13,911 nucleotides of DNA from Candidatus Altiarchaeales archaeon (lineage in GTDB: Archaea; Altiarchaeota; Altiarchaeia; IMC4; SCGC-AAA252-I15). The stretch spans positions 1 through 13,911 of the forward strand of contig DSAL01000043.1 in the NCBI GenBank assembly GCA_011380095.1, in the 5' to 3' direction. Within the stretch, counting starts at the first letter, position 1, and each line of letters opens with the position of its first letter. Made by a program: the position numbers and the translations under genes. Positions 6,188 to 13,860 of the stretch are shown here, one piece after another. The notes beneath the pieces were generated by a model. That model saw nothing but the letters and a program-made list of their open reading frames with translations. It searched no databases and had not been told where the DNA came from.

Positions 6188-8371
6188 TTGTTACCCCGAA
6201 TTCTGCCGGATAGAATCAGGGGTGGCTTGGAAGTGGTTGAAAAAGTAAAGAAAAGAGACGGCCGAATAGTCGAATTCAATTCTGAAAAAATCAGGCAAGC
6301 AATACACAAGGCAATCGAGGCTGTACGTGGGGAAGACGGCGAGATTGCAAACGAGCTTTCCACAAAAGTCGTTGAAGAAATAATAAGACGACACGAAAAA
6401 GAAACCGTCGACATAGAACAAATTCAAGACATTGTTGAAGAAATCCTGATTTCCAACGCCCATGCCGACGTCGCCAAAGCATACATCCTCTACCGTGAAA
6501 AAAGAAGAGAAGTCCGCGAGGCGAAATCCAGAATGGGGGTGGAAGACGACTTGAAGCTAACAATAAACGCGGTAAAGGTTTTGGAGAGGCGATACCTGAA
6601 AAAAGACGAGGAGGGAAAAGTAGTTGAAACGCCAAAACAACTGTTCGAACGGGTCGCGGAAAACATAGCGCAAGCAGACCTGAACTACCCGAAACCGGAC
6701 GTTAACAAAACAAAAAAAAGTTTTTACGACATAATGGCGAACCTAAACTTCATGCCGAACTCGCCGACACTCATGAACGCCGGCCGAGACCTCCAGCAGC
6801 TTAGCGCATGCTTCGTCCTCCCGGTCGAAGACAGCATGGAAAGCATTTTCGACGCAATCAAAAACACCGCCCTCATACACAAAAGCGGCGGGGGAACAGG
6901 ATTCAGCTTCTCAAAACTCCGCCCCAAAGGCGACCACGTGAAAACAACAAGCGGCGTGGCAAGCGGACCGCTCTCGTTCATGAACGTGTTCAACGCGGCG
7001 ACAGAAGTTATAAAACAAGGCGGAACGAGACGCGGCGCGAACATGGCGATACTTCGCGTAGACCATCCAGACATCATGGATTTCATAACCGCCAAAGAGC
7101 GTGAAGACGTTTTAAACAACTTCAACATCAGTGTCGGAGTCACCGAAGAATTCATGAAGGCTGTTGAGGAAGACCGTGAATACAACCTCATCAATCCGCA
7201 TGACGGAAGCGTTTACGGACAGCTTGAGGCGCGAAACGTCTTCGACCTTATTGTCACGATGGCATGGAAGAACGGGGAGCCCGGCATAATATTTTTGGAC
7301 CGGTTGAACCGCGACAACCCAACACCTGAAATCGGCATGATAGAGTCGACAAACCCCTGCGGGGAACAGCCACTACTACCCTACGAAGCCTGTAATCTTG
7401 GTTCAATCAATCTTGGAAGAATGGTGTCGGACGGAAAAGTAGACTACAATCTTTTGAAGGAAACAGTCCATGCGGCAGTCCACTTTCTCGACAATGTAAT
7501 CGACATGAGCAGGTTTCCACTCGAGAAAATCACTGAAATGGTTCGCGGAAACCGGAAAATAGGCCTTGGAGTGATGGGGTGGGCAGACATGCTGATAAAG
7601 CTTGAAATACCCTACAACAGCGAGAAGGCTATAGACCTCGGGGAGAAAGTAATGAAATTCATTGATGACGAGAGCAAGAACGCTTCAAGAAAACTCGCCG
7701 ACGCCCGCGGAGTTTTCCCGAACTTTGAAAAAAGCGTATTTGCTAGGAAAAACATCAGGTTAAGGAATGCGACTACAACAACAATCGCCCCGACCGGGAC
7801 GATAAGCATAATATCGAACGCTTCCGGGGGGATAGAACCTTTGTTTGCAGTCTCCTTCATAAGAAACATTCTGGACGAGACTGAAATGGTTGAAGTCAAC
7901 CCTCTTTTCCTCGAGGTTTCGAAAAAACGCGGGTTCTATAGCGAAGATTTGATGCGAAAGATTGCAAAACGCGGAACCGTCCACAGAATACCTGAAATAC
8001 CCAAAGAAGTTCAGGATGTTTTTGTTACAGCGCACGACATAACCCCGGAATGGCACGTTAAAATGCAGGCGGCATTCCAAAAACACGTCGACAACGCTGT
8101 TTCAAAGACCGTCAACTTCCCCCACGACACCACGACAAGAGATGTTGAGGAAGTCTACATGCTCGCCTACAAGACCGGATGCAAGGGAGTTACAATTTAT
8201 CGTGATGGCAGCAGGAGCGGCCAAGTCTTGAATATAGAATCCGTTAAAAAGACGGAAAAGAAACTGAGGGGTGGGGGAGAGTCAAAATGCCCCGAATGCG
8301 GAAGCGAACTCTCATTCAATGAGGGATGCATGACTTGCGCGTCCTGCGGTTTCAGTGCCTGTAGCGTATAG
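6188..8371 (+). CDS. nrdJ: Adenosylcobalamin-dependent ribonucleotide reductase (class II, NrdJ) with an N-terminal ATP-cone and a C-terminal Cys4 zinc ribbon. The true start is probably the TTG or GTG at 6227-6233.
   Basis: The ATP-cone is KRDGRIVEFNSEKIRQAIHKA. The catalytic core includes NPCGEQPL and NLGSINL. The C-terminus is CPECGSEL...CMTCASCG. The SD-like AGGGGTGG at 6216-6223 precedes GTG 6233. The length is normal, so no intein. Confidence 0.9.
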   Translation: MLPRILPDRIRGGLEVVEKVKKRDGRIVEFNSEKIRQAIHKAIEAVRGEDGEIANELSTKVVEEIIRRHEKETVDIEQIQDIVEEILISNAHADVAKAYILYREKRREVREAKSRMGVEDDLKLTINAVKVLERRYLKKDEEGKVVETPKQLFERVAENIAQADLNYPKPDVNKTKKSFYDIMANLNFMPNSPTLMNAGRDLQQLSACFVLPVEDSMESIFDAIKNTALIHKSGGGTGFSFSKLRPKGDHVKTTSGVASGPLSFMNVFNAATEVIKQGGTRRGANMAILRVDHPDIMDFITAKEREDVLNNFNISVGVTEEFMKAVEEDREYNLINPHDGSVYGQLEARNVFDLIVTMAWKNGEPGIIFLDRLNRDNPTPEIGMIESTNPCGEQPLLPYEACNLGSINLGRMVSDGKVDYNLLKETVHAAVHFLDNVIDMSRFPLEKITEMVRGNRKIGLGVMGWADMLIKLEIPYNSEKAIDLGEKVMKFIDDESKNASRKLADARGVFPNFEKSVFARKNIRLRNATTTTIAPTGTISIISNASGGIEPLFAVSFIRNILDETEMVEVNPLFLEVSKKRGFYSEDLMRKIAKRGTVHRIPEIPKEVQDVFVTAHDITPEWHVKMQAAFQKHVDNAVSKTVNFPHDTTTRDVEEVYMLAYKTGCKGVTIYRDGSRSGQVLNIESVKKTEKKLRGGGESKCPECGSELSFNEGCMTCASCGFSACSV

Positions 8372-8385
8372 TAATCCGTTAAAAG

Positions 8386-8955
8386 ATGGAAGAAGAAGGT
8401 TTGATTCACGTTTACACCGGCAATGGAAAAGGAAAGACTACCGTTGCGCTCGGACTTGCTTTGCGCTCGCTTGGCCACGGATTCAACGTATACATAATAG
8501 AATTCCTGAAGGGGGGAAGCCATCTCGGAGAACTCGGCCTTGCAAGCAAACTTCCAAACCTCAAAATCAGACAATTTGGGAAAAAATGCCCCTACTCCAA
8601 ACAAATGAAGGCTGGAAAAATAGACTGTGGCAACTGCAGGGACTGTTTCATGACTAGAAAGGCTGAAAAAGACCGCGCTAAAGAAGGTTTGGAGGAGGCG
8701 GGAAAGGCATTGTCATGCGGCAAATATGACCTTGTCATCCTGGATGAGATTAATAATGTGGTGAAAAAAAATTTTGTCACGGCAAAACAGGTTTTGGATG
8801 TGCTGTCCGAGAAAAGCAGGGGGACTGAAGTGGTTTTAACGGGCAGGAACGCTCCGAAAGAGTTCATAGATGCCGCCGACTATGTGACGGAGATGCTTGA
8901 GGTAAAACACCCATTCCAGAAGGGCGCGAGAGTCCGCAGGGGAATTGACTATTAA
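8386..8955 (+). CDS. cobA: ATP:cob(I)alamin (corrinoid) adenosyltransferase of the CobA/CobO/BtuR type, with a Cys4 insertion.
   Basis: The P-loop is VYTGNGKGKTTVALGLALRSLGHG. DLVILDEI, TGRNAP and KHPFQKGARVRRGIDY are typical of BtuR/CobO. An extra segment C-x12-C-x2-C-x2-C (CPYSKQMKAGKIDCGNCRDC) is present. The start is 14 nt after the nrdJ stop. Confidence 0.85.
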   Translation: MEEEGLIHVYTGNGKGKTTVALGLALRSLGHGFNVYIIEFLKGGSHLGELGLASKLPNLKIRQFGKKCPYSKQMKAGKIDCGNCRDCFMTRKAEKDRAKEGLEEAGKALSCGKYDLVILDEINNVVKKNFVTAKQVLDVLSEKSRGTEVVLTGRNAPKEFIDAADYVTEMLEVKHPFQKGARVRRGIDY

Positions 8956-9004
8956 CCACCATCACTCTACCATGTATGCTGCTACCCCCTCAATAATCTC
9001 CTAC

Positions 9005-9013
9005 TTTTTTATA
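9005..9013 (+). promoter_or_regulatory. TATA-box-like element TTTTTTATA that serves the DUF116 gene.
   Basis: It is an AT-rich 9-mer centred about 28 nt upstream of ATG 9039 in an otherwise GC-balanced context. This is the spacing expected for an archaeal promoter with a short or absent leader. Confidence 0.45.
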
Positions 9014-9038
9014 CCCGTATAGTGTATTAAAACTTGCA

Positions 9039-9821
9039 ATGGCAGTATTCGGAATCGGACTATACCATGTTTTGGGAGCGCTTGGAGTTTTAACTCTTTT
9101 AGGTTTTGGAGTGCTTACGGCAAGCATACTACTATCACTAATTCCAATAATAATTTTCATAAAAACAGGGGGGGTTGTTGTTCCAAAAGTGACGCTTCTT
9201 CTCGTCGGCCTCGTGGAATCCCCGCTTAAACACTTACTCTGGTTTTTCGGCATCGAAGAAGGGTTTCTACCCAACATGGTAGTTGAAATCAGGAATAGAA
9301 CCTACAAGCCGGCATACTGTGCGACAGAATACAAGGACAGGATGATATTCCTCCCGCAATGCTTGAGGCATCCGGAATGCCCAGCACCACTTACTCCAGA
9401 TGGATTGAAGTGTGTTTCGTGCGGGAGGTGTGGCATATACCGTATACGCGATTTCGCAAATACCCTCGGATGTGGTTTTTTCATAGCCCCCGGCTCAACC
9501 CTCATATACCGTATGGTCAAGAAATACAGGCCCAAGGCCATAGCCGGAGTCGGATGCCTTATGGAGATTAAGGAGGGCAGCGAGGCCGTAGCCTCCATGG
9601 GTCTTCCAGTACAGGCGGTAATGCTTGAGCGGGACGGGTGTGTTGACACGAGAATCGATGTTTCAAGGCTTTTAGAAGTTATAAAGGCGCGGGATACGAA
9701 ATACCGCATAAGCGATGACAAACAGCTTCTTGATACTGCAAAAGAAATTGAGGGGTTATGGCTTCCAAAAAATGCGAATGATTTGGGAGTCAAGGTTCTT
9801 AAAACAGGGGGTTTCCGATAG
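9039..9821 (+). CDS. DUF116 family membrane protein. It has an N-terminal transmembrane region and a Cys-rich cytosolic domain.
   Basis: The first 70 aa are hydrophobic and predict 2 TM helices. The Cys pattern is CLRHPEC...CVSCGRCG...GC...GVGC. The TATA-like TTTTTTATA at 9005-9013 lies about 26-30 nt upstream of the ATG, which suggests a leaderless transcript. Confidence 0.65.
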   Translation: MAVFGIGLYHVLGALGVLTLLGFGVLTASILLSLIPIIIFIKTGGVVVPKVTLLLVGLVESPLKHLLWFFGIEEGFLPNMVVEIRNRTYKPAYCATEYKDRMIFLPQCLRHPECPAPLTPDGLKCVSCGRCGIYRIRDFANTLGCGFFIAPGSTLIYRMVKKYRPKAIAGVGCLMEIKEGSEAVASMGLPVQAVMLERDGCVDTRIDVSRLLEVIKARDTKYRISDDKQLLDTAKEIEGLWLPKNANDLGVKVLKTGGFR

Positions 9822-9868
9822 GTTTTTTAACACGTCTTCAATATTAATGGAATACTGGTGATATTAGG

Positions 9869-10078
9869 ATGCGTCCGGTAGTTGACGAAGAAAAGTGTGT
9901 TGGATGCGGCGCGTGCGTCGCAGTATGCCCTGCAAGCCCGACGGTATTTGAAATGAAGGATGTTGCGGGCAAAGGCATGAAATCGATTGTAAAAAACCCG
10001 AAAGCCTGCATAGGCTGCGGCTCCTGTGTTTCAGCATGTCCTGTCGAGGCCATAAAGCTTGTTGAAGACAAGGAATAG
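9869..10078 (+). CDS. 2x[4Fe-4S] ferredoxin of 69 aa.
   Basis: There are two CxxCxxCxxxCP motifs: CVGCGACVAVCP and CIGCGSCVSACP. GGTGA lies upstream of the ATG. Confidence 0.85.
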   Translation: MRPVVDEEKCVGCGACVAVCPASPTVFEMKDVAGKGMKSIVKNPKACIGCGSCVSACPVEAIKLVEDKE

Positions 10079-10095
10079 CAAAAAACAAAGAAGAC

Positions 10096-10107
10096 TGTAG
10101 TGCCTAA
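10096..10107 (-). repeat. Third, inverted copy of the same motif. Read on the minus strand it is TTTAGGCACTACA.
   Basis: TGTAGTGCCTAA(A) is the exact reverse complement of the 13-mer at 6101-6113. It lies exactly centred, 17 nt from each side, in the 46-nt gap between the convergent stops of the ferredoxin and SPFH genes. Confidence 0.8.
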
Positions 10108-10136
10108 ATATTTTTTTTGTTTTTCTATTTCTTTTT
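10108..10136. terminator. Bidirectional oligo-T/U termination region shared by the convergent ferredoxin (+) and SPFH (-) genes.
   Basis: The plus strand reads ATATTTTTTTTGTTTTTCTATTTCTTTTT. The minus strand downstream of the SPFH stop reads TCTTCTTTGTTTTTTGC (reverse complement of 10079-10095). Archaeal terminators are oligo-T tracts. Confidence 0.5.
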
Positions 10137-11129
10137 GGAGGGTTTCGATCCGCCAATCTTCCGTTCCTCCTTCATTACGGCTTCTTTAAGCAGTTTACCC
10201 CCCGTATTCTTAGACTCATTAAACATTTCACCCAAAATAGCGGCGCTGCTCAATATGCCGGAAGTCTCAAAAGGCATGAAAATCTTGGTGGCATTACCCT
10301 GAGCCATCTTCTCAAGAGCCTCCAAATACTTTAAGGCAATCAAGTCTTTAGTCGGCTTTCCCTCATGTATCGCACCGAAAACACGTTCAATCGCCTTGGC
10401 CTCTCCTTCCGCGACAACAGCCTTCTGCTCGCGTTCGGCGTCGGCAACCATCTTTATAGCCTTCGACTGCCCCTCCGCATCCAAAACCTGTGCGTCCCGC
10501 CTCCCCCGCGCCTTCAAAACCTCGGCCTGCCTGAAACCCTCCGCCTCCAAGACGCTCGCACGCTTGGTCCTCTCAGCCTTCATCTGCTGGCTCATCGCGT
10601 CAACAATATCTTTTGGAGGTATGACGTCCTGAAGCTCAACTCGAGTAACGCGAACCCCCCACCTGCCGGTGACGTCGTCAAGCGACTTCCGCAACTCCAA
10701 ATTTATCTTCTCTCTCGCGCCGAAAACCCTGTCAAGCTTCAGCCTGCCGACAACGTCACGAAGCGTCGTCTGGGCAAGATTGCTGACGGCATCCTCAAAC
10801 ATTGCGACATTATACATAACCTTGAATGGGTCCACGACTTTGAAATAAACTATTGCGTCAACCTGTATCGAAACATTGTCTACAGTAATGACTTCTTGTG
10901 ACGGAACATCAATCATGGCCTCGCGCATGTCGACCCTGAACGCGTTTTCAATGACTGGTATTATGAAATTGAGTCCGGAATCCAACACCCGATTGTATCG
11001 TCCAAACCGTTCGACAACCCCCTTCTCATAAGGCCGTATTATCTTTACAGCGCGGGAGGCGACTAGTATGACAAAAAGAATGACGAAACCTATAAGCACG
11101 CTAATAAAGTCAATTTCAAAACCGTTCAT
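10125..11129 (-). CDS. SPFH/band-7 (stomatin/prohibitin-like) membrane protein.
   Basis: There is an N-terminal TM helix, then the band-7 core IIRPYEKGVVERFGRY...VDAIVYFKVVDP, then a coiled-coil A/E/K-rich region and a Lys-rich tail. No nfeD partner is adjacent. Confidence 0.9.
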   Translation of the reverse strand: MNGFEIDFISVLIGFVILFVILVASRAVKIIRPYEKGVVERFGRYNRVLDSGLNFIIPVIENAFRVDMREAMIDVPSQEVITVDNVSIQVDAIVYFKVVDPFKVMYNVAMFEDAVSNLAQTTLRDVVGRLKLDRVFGAREKINLELRKSLDDVTGRWGVRVTRVELQDVIPPKDIVDAMSQQMKAERTKRASVLEAEGFRQAEVLKARGRRDAQVLDAEGQSKAIKMVADAEREQKAVVAEGEAKAIERVFGAIHEGKPTKDLIALKYLEALEKMAQGNATKIFMPFETSGILSSAAILGEMFNESKNTGGKLLKEAVMKEERKIGGSKPSKKK

Positions 11130-11191
11130 CTCCTAATACATTCATATAAACACCTAAATAAAAACAATCGGTGAAGGCTGAGCATGTAGTC

Positions 11192-11202
11192 CGTGATTCA
11201 CG
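11192..11202. promoter_or_regulatory. Perfect 11-bp palindrome CGTGA-T-TCACG in the same intergenic region.
   Basis: Read directly from the sequence. It shares the TCACG half-site with TCACGTCA at 11244 and with TCACGTGA at 11685-11692 upstream of nadC. Confidence 0.35.
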
Positions 11203-11233
11203 CTTCCAATCGCGCAAACAAAAAATCTAAATA

Positions 11234-11291
11234 CAGTCAAATATCACGTCAAAAACTAATACGTCATAACATGACCAACACGTCAAATAAC
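11234..11291. promoter_or_regulatory. Array of four ACGTCA-containing direct repeats, consensus (C)ACGTCAWAWA, at 11234, 11246, 11260 and 11279. The third copy is part of the palindrome GTCAT-AAC-ATGAC at 11263-11275.
   Basis: The copies are CAGTCAAATA, CACGTCAAAAA, TACGTCATAAC and ACACGTCAAATA. They fall within the divergent SPFH/PRC-barrel intergenic region at 12-19 bp spacing. Confidence 0.4.
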
Positions 11292-11423
11292 CCTTCTAAG
11301 ACAGACTGGCGACCGCAATTAATACTCGAACTGACCCCCCTCCCCCATGTTTTAAACTGGTTTTATTAATAACCTGGCTTGCACATAACTAATAAGTTCA
11401 CCACGTTTTGGGGGTGTATTGTG

Positions 11424-11684
11424 ATGAGTAAAAGATTGTCAGAACTTTACGGAATGGAGATTTTCACGACCAAAGGCCAGCAGGTTGGACGGGTAGAAGA
11501 CGTTATCCTAAATGTTGAGGAGGGGGAGGTAATGCGCCTGAGCCTTAGAAGCTTTAAGGGCGCGAACGTTCCAACAGAAGAAGTCAGGAAAATCCTGACT
11601 GAAGACTCCATAAGCTACGACGAGGTGGTCGAGGTTGGGGACATAATTCTTGTTGAAAAAGCGCCGTCAGTCAGAAAATTATAG
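11424..11684 (+). CDS. PRC-barrel domain protein. An upstream TTG at 11379 keeps the same frame open, so the alternative gene would be 11379..11684.
   Basis: LSELYGMEIFTTKGQQVGRVEDVILNVEEGEVMRLSL matches the PRC-barrel pattern. GGGGTG lies 8 nt upstream of ATG 11424. Confidence 0.65.
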   Translation: MSKRLSELYGMEIFTTKGQQVGRVEDVILNVEEGEVMRLSLRSFKGANVPTEEVRKILTEDSISYDEVVEVGDIILVEKAPSVRKL

Positions 11685-11692
11685 GTCACGTG
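11685..11692. promoter_or_regulatory. 8-bp palindrome TCACGTGA lying 15-22 nt upstream of the nadC ATG.
   Basis: Read directly from the sequence. It sits between the PRC-barrel stop at 11684 and the nadC start at 11707. Confidence 0.3.
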
Positions 11693-11706
11693 AATTAATT
11701 TCTGCC

Positions 11707-12525
11707 ATGGACGAGCACAGTCTAAAACGCAAACTCGCCCAGATGATAGCCGAAGACGTCGGGCGGGGCGACTTAACCTTAAAATACACGCCTCAAAACA
11801 CGGTTAAGGCGGAAGTCAAAGCCAAGCAGGAGTGCATATTATCTGGAGTAGAAGAGGTGTCGCTCCTTTTCGAAATGTATGGTGTGAAATACAAAAATCT
11901 CGTCAAAGACGGCGACAGCATAAAGAAAAATACTATACTATTCAACATTACTGGTTCTTCACACGACATACTGCTTGTAGAGCGCACGGCGCTCAATCTG
12001 CTCTCGATAATGAGCGGAATCTCGACGACAACATCCAGGTATGTCAAAAACGCAGGTAATGTCAAGGTTGCGGCGACGAGAAAGACACACCCACTACTCC
12101 GGTATTTCGAGAAAAAAGCGGTTGAAGCCGGCGGGGGAATCTCACACCGGATGGGTTTGGACGATATGGTGCTGATAAAAGACAACCACCTCACATTGTT
12201 TAAGAGTATAGGGGGTGCGGTCAAGTCTGCAAAATGCGACCCCTACCACAAGATTGAGGTGGAGGCCGCGACAACAGAGATGGCGCTTGAGGCGTCGAAG
12301 GCTGGTGCGGACGTTGTTATGCTCGACAACATGACGCCGGCACAAATTGTAAAAACGATAAAGGCGTTGGAAAAAGATGGCGTGAGAGAGAATGTTGTGA
12401 TTGAAGCGTCCGGCGGAATAACTCTTGAAACTATACGTGAATATTCCAAGACTGGTGTCGACATCATATCAACGAGCGCATTGACTATGGCGCCGGCAAT
12501 AGACTTCAGCATGAAATTCATCTGA
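11707..12525 (+). CDS. nadC: Nicotinate-nucleotide pyrophosphorylase (quinolinate phosphoribosyltransferase). The first in-frame ATG is at 11707, although the ORF is open from 11650.
   Basis: The N-terminus is AEDVGRGDLT. Other NadC-like segments are ERTALNLL, ATRKTHPLLR, GGGISHRMGL, IKDNH and SGGIT. The 3' end overlaps the convergent permease gene by 8 bp. Confidence 0.9.
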   Translation: MDEHSLKRKLAQMIAEDVGRGDLTLKYTPQNTVKAEVKAKQECILSGVEEVSLLFEMYGVKYKNLVKDGDSIKKNTILFNITGSSHDILLVERTALNLLSIMSGISTTTSRYVKNAGNVKVAATRKTHPLLRYFEKKAVEAGGGISHRMGLDDMVLIKDNHLTLFKSIGGAVKSAKCDPYHKIEVEAATTEMALEASKAGADVVMLDNMTPAQIVKTIKALEKDGVRENVVIEASGGITLETIREYSKTGVDIISTSALTMAPAIDFSMKFI

Positions 12526-13624
12526 AAAATCCGAATATGAGTCCAGCGAGTGTTGCGTAGATCAGTACAAATGTTACATACACTGTTGTTTTTTTGGTTC
12601 CCAACACTGATTTTATGACGAGCATGTTGGGCAGGCTAAGGGATGGTCCTGCGAGAAGTAGCGCTAATGCCGGGCCTTGGTGCATGCCTTTTGATATGAG
12701 TGTTTGTAGTATTGGTATTTCTGTGAGTGTGGAAAAATACATGAAGGCTCCGAATACCGCGGCCGTCACGTTTCCCATCAAATTGTTTTGTCCGACAAGT
12801 CTTTCAACCAGCTCGCGTGGCAGGTAAGGGTCGATGAATCCAGCTATGAACACGCCGGCGAAGAGGTATGGCGTCAATAGTTTTGTGAAGCTCCAGACTT
12901 CACCAATCCACTCGTTTCTCTCGTCTTTTTTAAATTTAACTGACACCGTGGTCATCGTCACAAATGCGAATGTAACCATTAGCGTGTATTTTATTGTTGT
13001 GTTTATCTGTAGTCCATTTATGATGAGTACTGCTATCATGCTGCCGAAGAATAATGTCATGACTGGTTTAGACAGTTCGAAGCCGCCATTACCAACCACC
13101 AGTTCCTGTTCCCTGTGTTTTTCCCGAAACACAAGTTCCATCGACAGTCCCGTGATTACCGCCAATACTATTGCGGCTATCGCCCGCGCCAAACCAATCT
13201 TAACTCCAAGCACGTTCCATGTGAGAAAGATGGCGGCGATGTTTATCGCGGGCCCCGAAAACAGGAATGTTACGGCAGGTCCCAGCCCCGCCCCGCGTTT
13301 GTATATGCCTGCGAAAAGCGGGAGTATGGTGCATGAGCATACTGCGAGTATCGCCCCGGATACGGATGCTATTGCGTAGGCGAGGGCTTTGTTGGCTTTG
13401 CCGCCCAAATATTTTAGGACATGGTCTTTTTTGATGAATACTGCGATTCCGCCTGCTATGAAGAATGCGGGGACAAGGCAGGTGAGGACGTGCTTTCGGG
13501 CGTAGTCGTTGAGAAGGTATACTCCGTTTTGGATTGCCTGCCGGAAGACTTCACTTCCAACCGGCATGAAGTATATCCCGATGAAAAACAACACAAGCCC
13601 GATTAGTTTCGTCCTCTCCCCCAC
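12518..13624 (-). CDS. Predicted permease of the COG0701/DUF318 type, the kind usually paired with a small thioredoxin-like protein.
   Basis: There are about 8-10 hydrophobic segments and a VCSC motif (AILAVCSCTILPLFAG). It overlaps the upstream thioredoxin-like gene by 22 bp in a different frame, which points to an operon. Confidence 0.75.
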   Translation of the reverse strand: MGERTKLIGLVLFFIGIYFMPVGSEVFRQAIQNGVYLLNDYARKHVLTCLVPAFFIAGGIAVFIKKDHVLKYLGGKANKALAYAIASVSGAILAVCSCTILPLFAGIYKRGAGLGPAVTFLFSGPAINIAAIFLTWNVLGVKIGLARAIAAIVLAVITGLSMELVFREKHREQELVVGNGGFELSKPVMTLFFGSMIAVLIINGLQINTTIKYTLMVTFAFVTMTTVSVKFKKDERNEWIGEVWSFTKLLTPYLFAGVFIAGFIDPYLPRELVERLVGQNNLMGNVTAAVFGAFMYFSTLTEIPILQTLISKGMHQGPALALLLAGPSLSLPNMLVIKSVLGTKKTTVYVTFVLIYATLAGLIFGFFR

Positions 13625-13860
13625 TTTTTAGCCCTTTCAATCAACTTCTCGATTTCTTCGACATCCGCCACTTTTCCCGAAGACACGACCTTCCCGTCTA
13701 TGGCTAATGCGGGAGTCATCATTACTCCATAAGAGAGTATCTTGTCCATGTCCTCCACCTTGACGACTTCAACGTGTTCGAGTTCTTCAACAGCTTTTAC
13801 AGCGTTCTCTTCAAGCTTTTTGCATTTCGGACAGCCAGTCCCCAGTATCTCAATCCTCAT
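13603..13860 (-). CDS. Small thioredoxin-fold protein of the redox-active disulfide protein 2 family, with a CPKC active site.
   Basis: MRIEILGTGCPKCKKLEENA...MTPALAIDGKVVSSGKV is the classic signature. On the minus strand GGGAGG lies 8 nt before ATG 13860. The longer ORF running to 13905 has no such signal. Confidence 0.8.
   Translation of the reverse strand: MRIEILGTGCPKCKKLEENAVKAVEELEHVEVVKVEDMDKILSYGVMMTPALAIDGKVVSSGKVADVEEIEKLIERAKKWGRGRN

Noticed and set aside
6808-7104. An Arg-rich 98-aa ORF in an alternative plus-strand frame inside nrdJ.
   Set aside because: It is embedded in the conserved RNR catalytic core. Its composition, about 30% R, is an artefact of the frame.
11130-11423. 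A tRNA or other structured RNA gene in the long intergenic region.
   Set aside because: I found no T-loop GTTCRANYC-like sequence and no acceptor-stem complementarity by eye. No rRNA-like stretch is present anywhere in the window.
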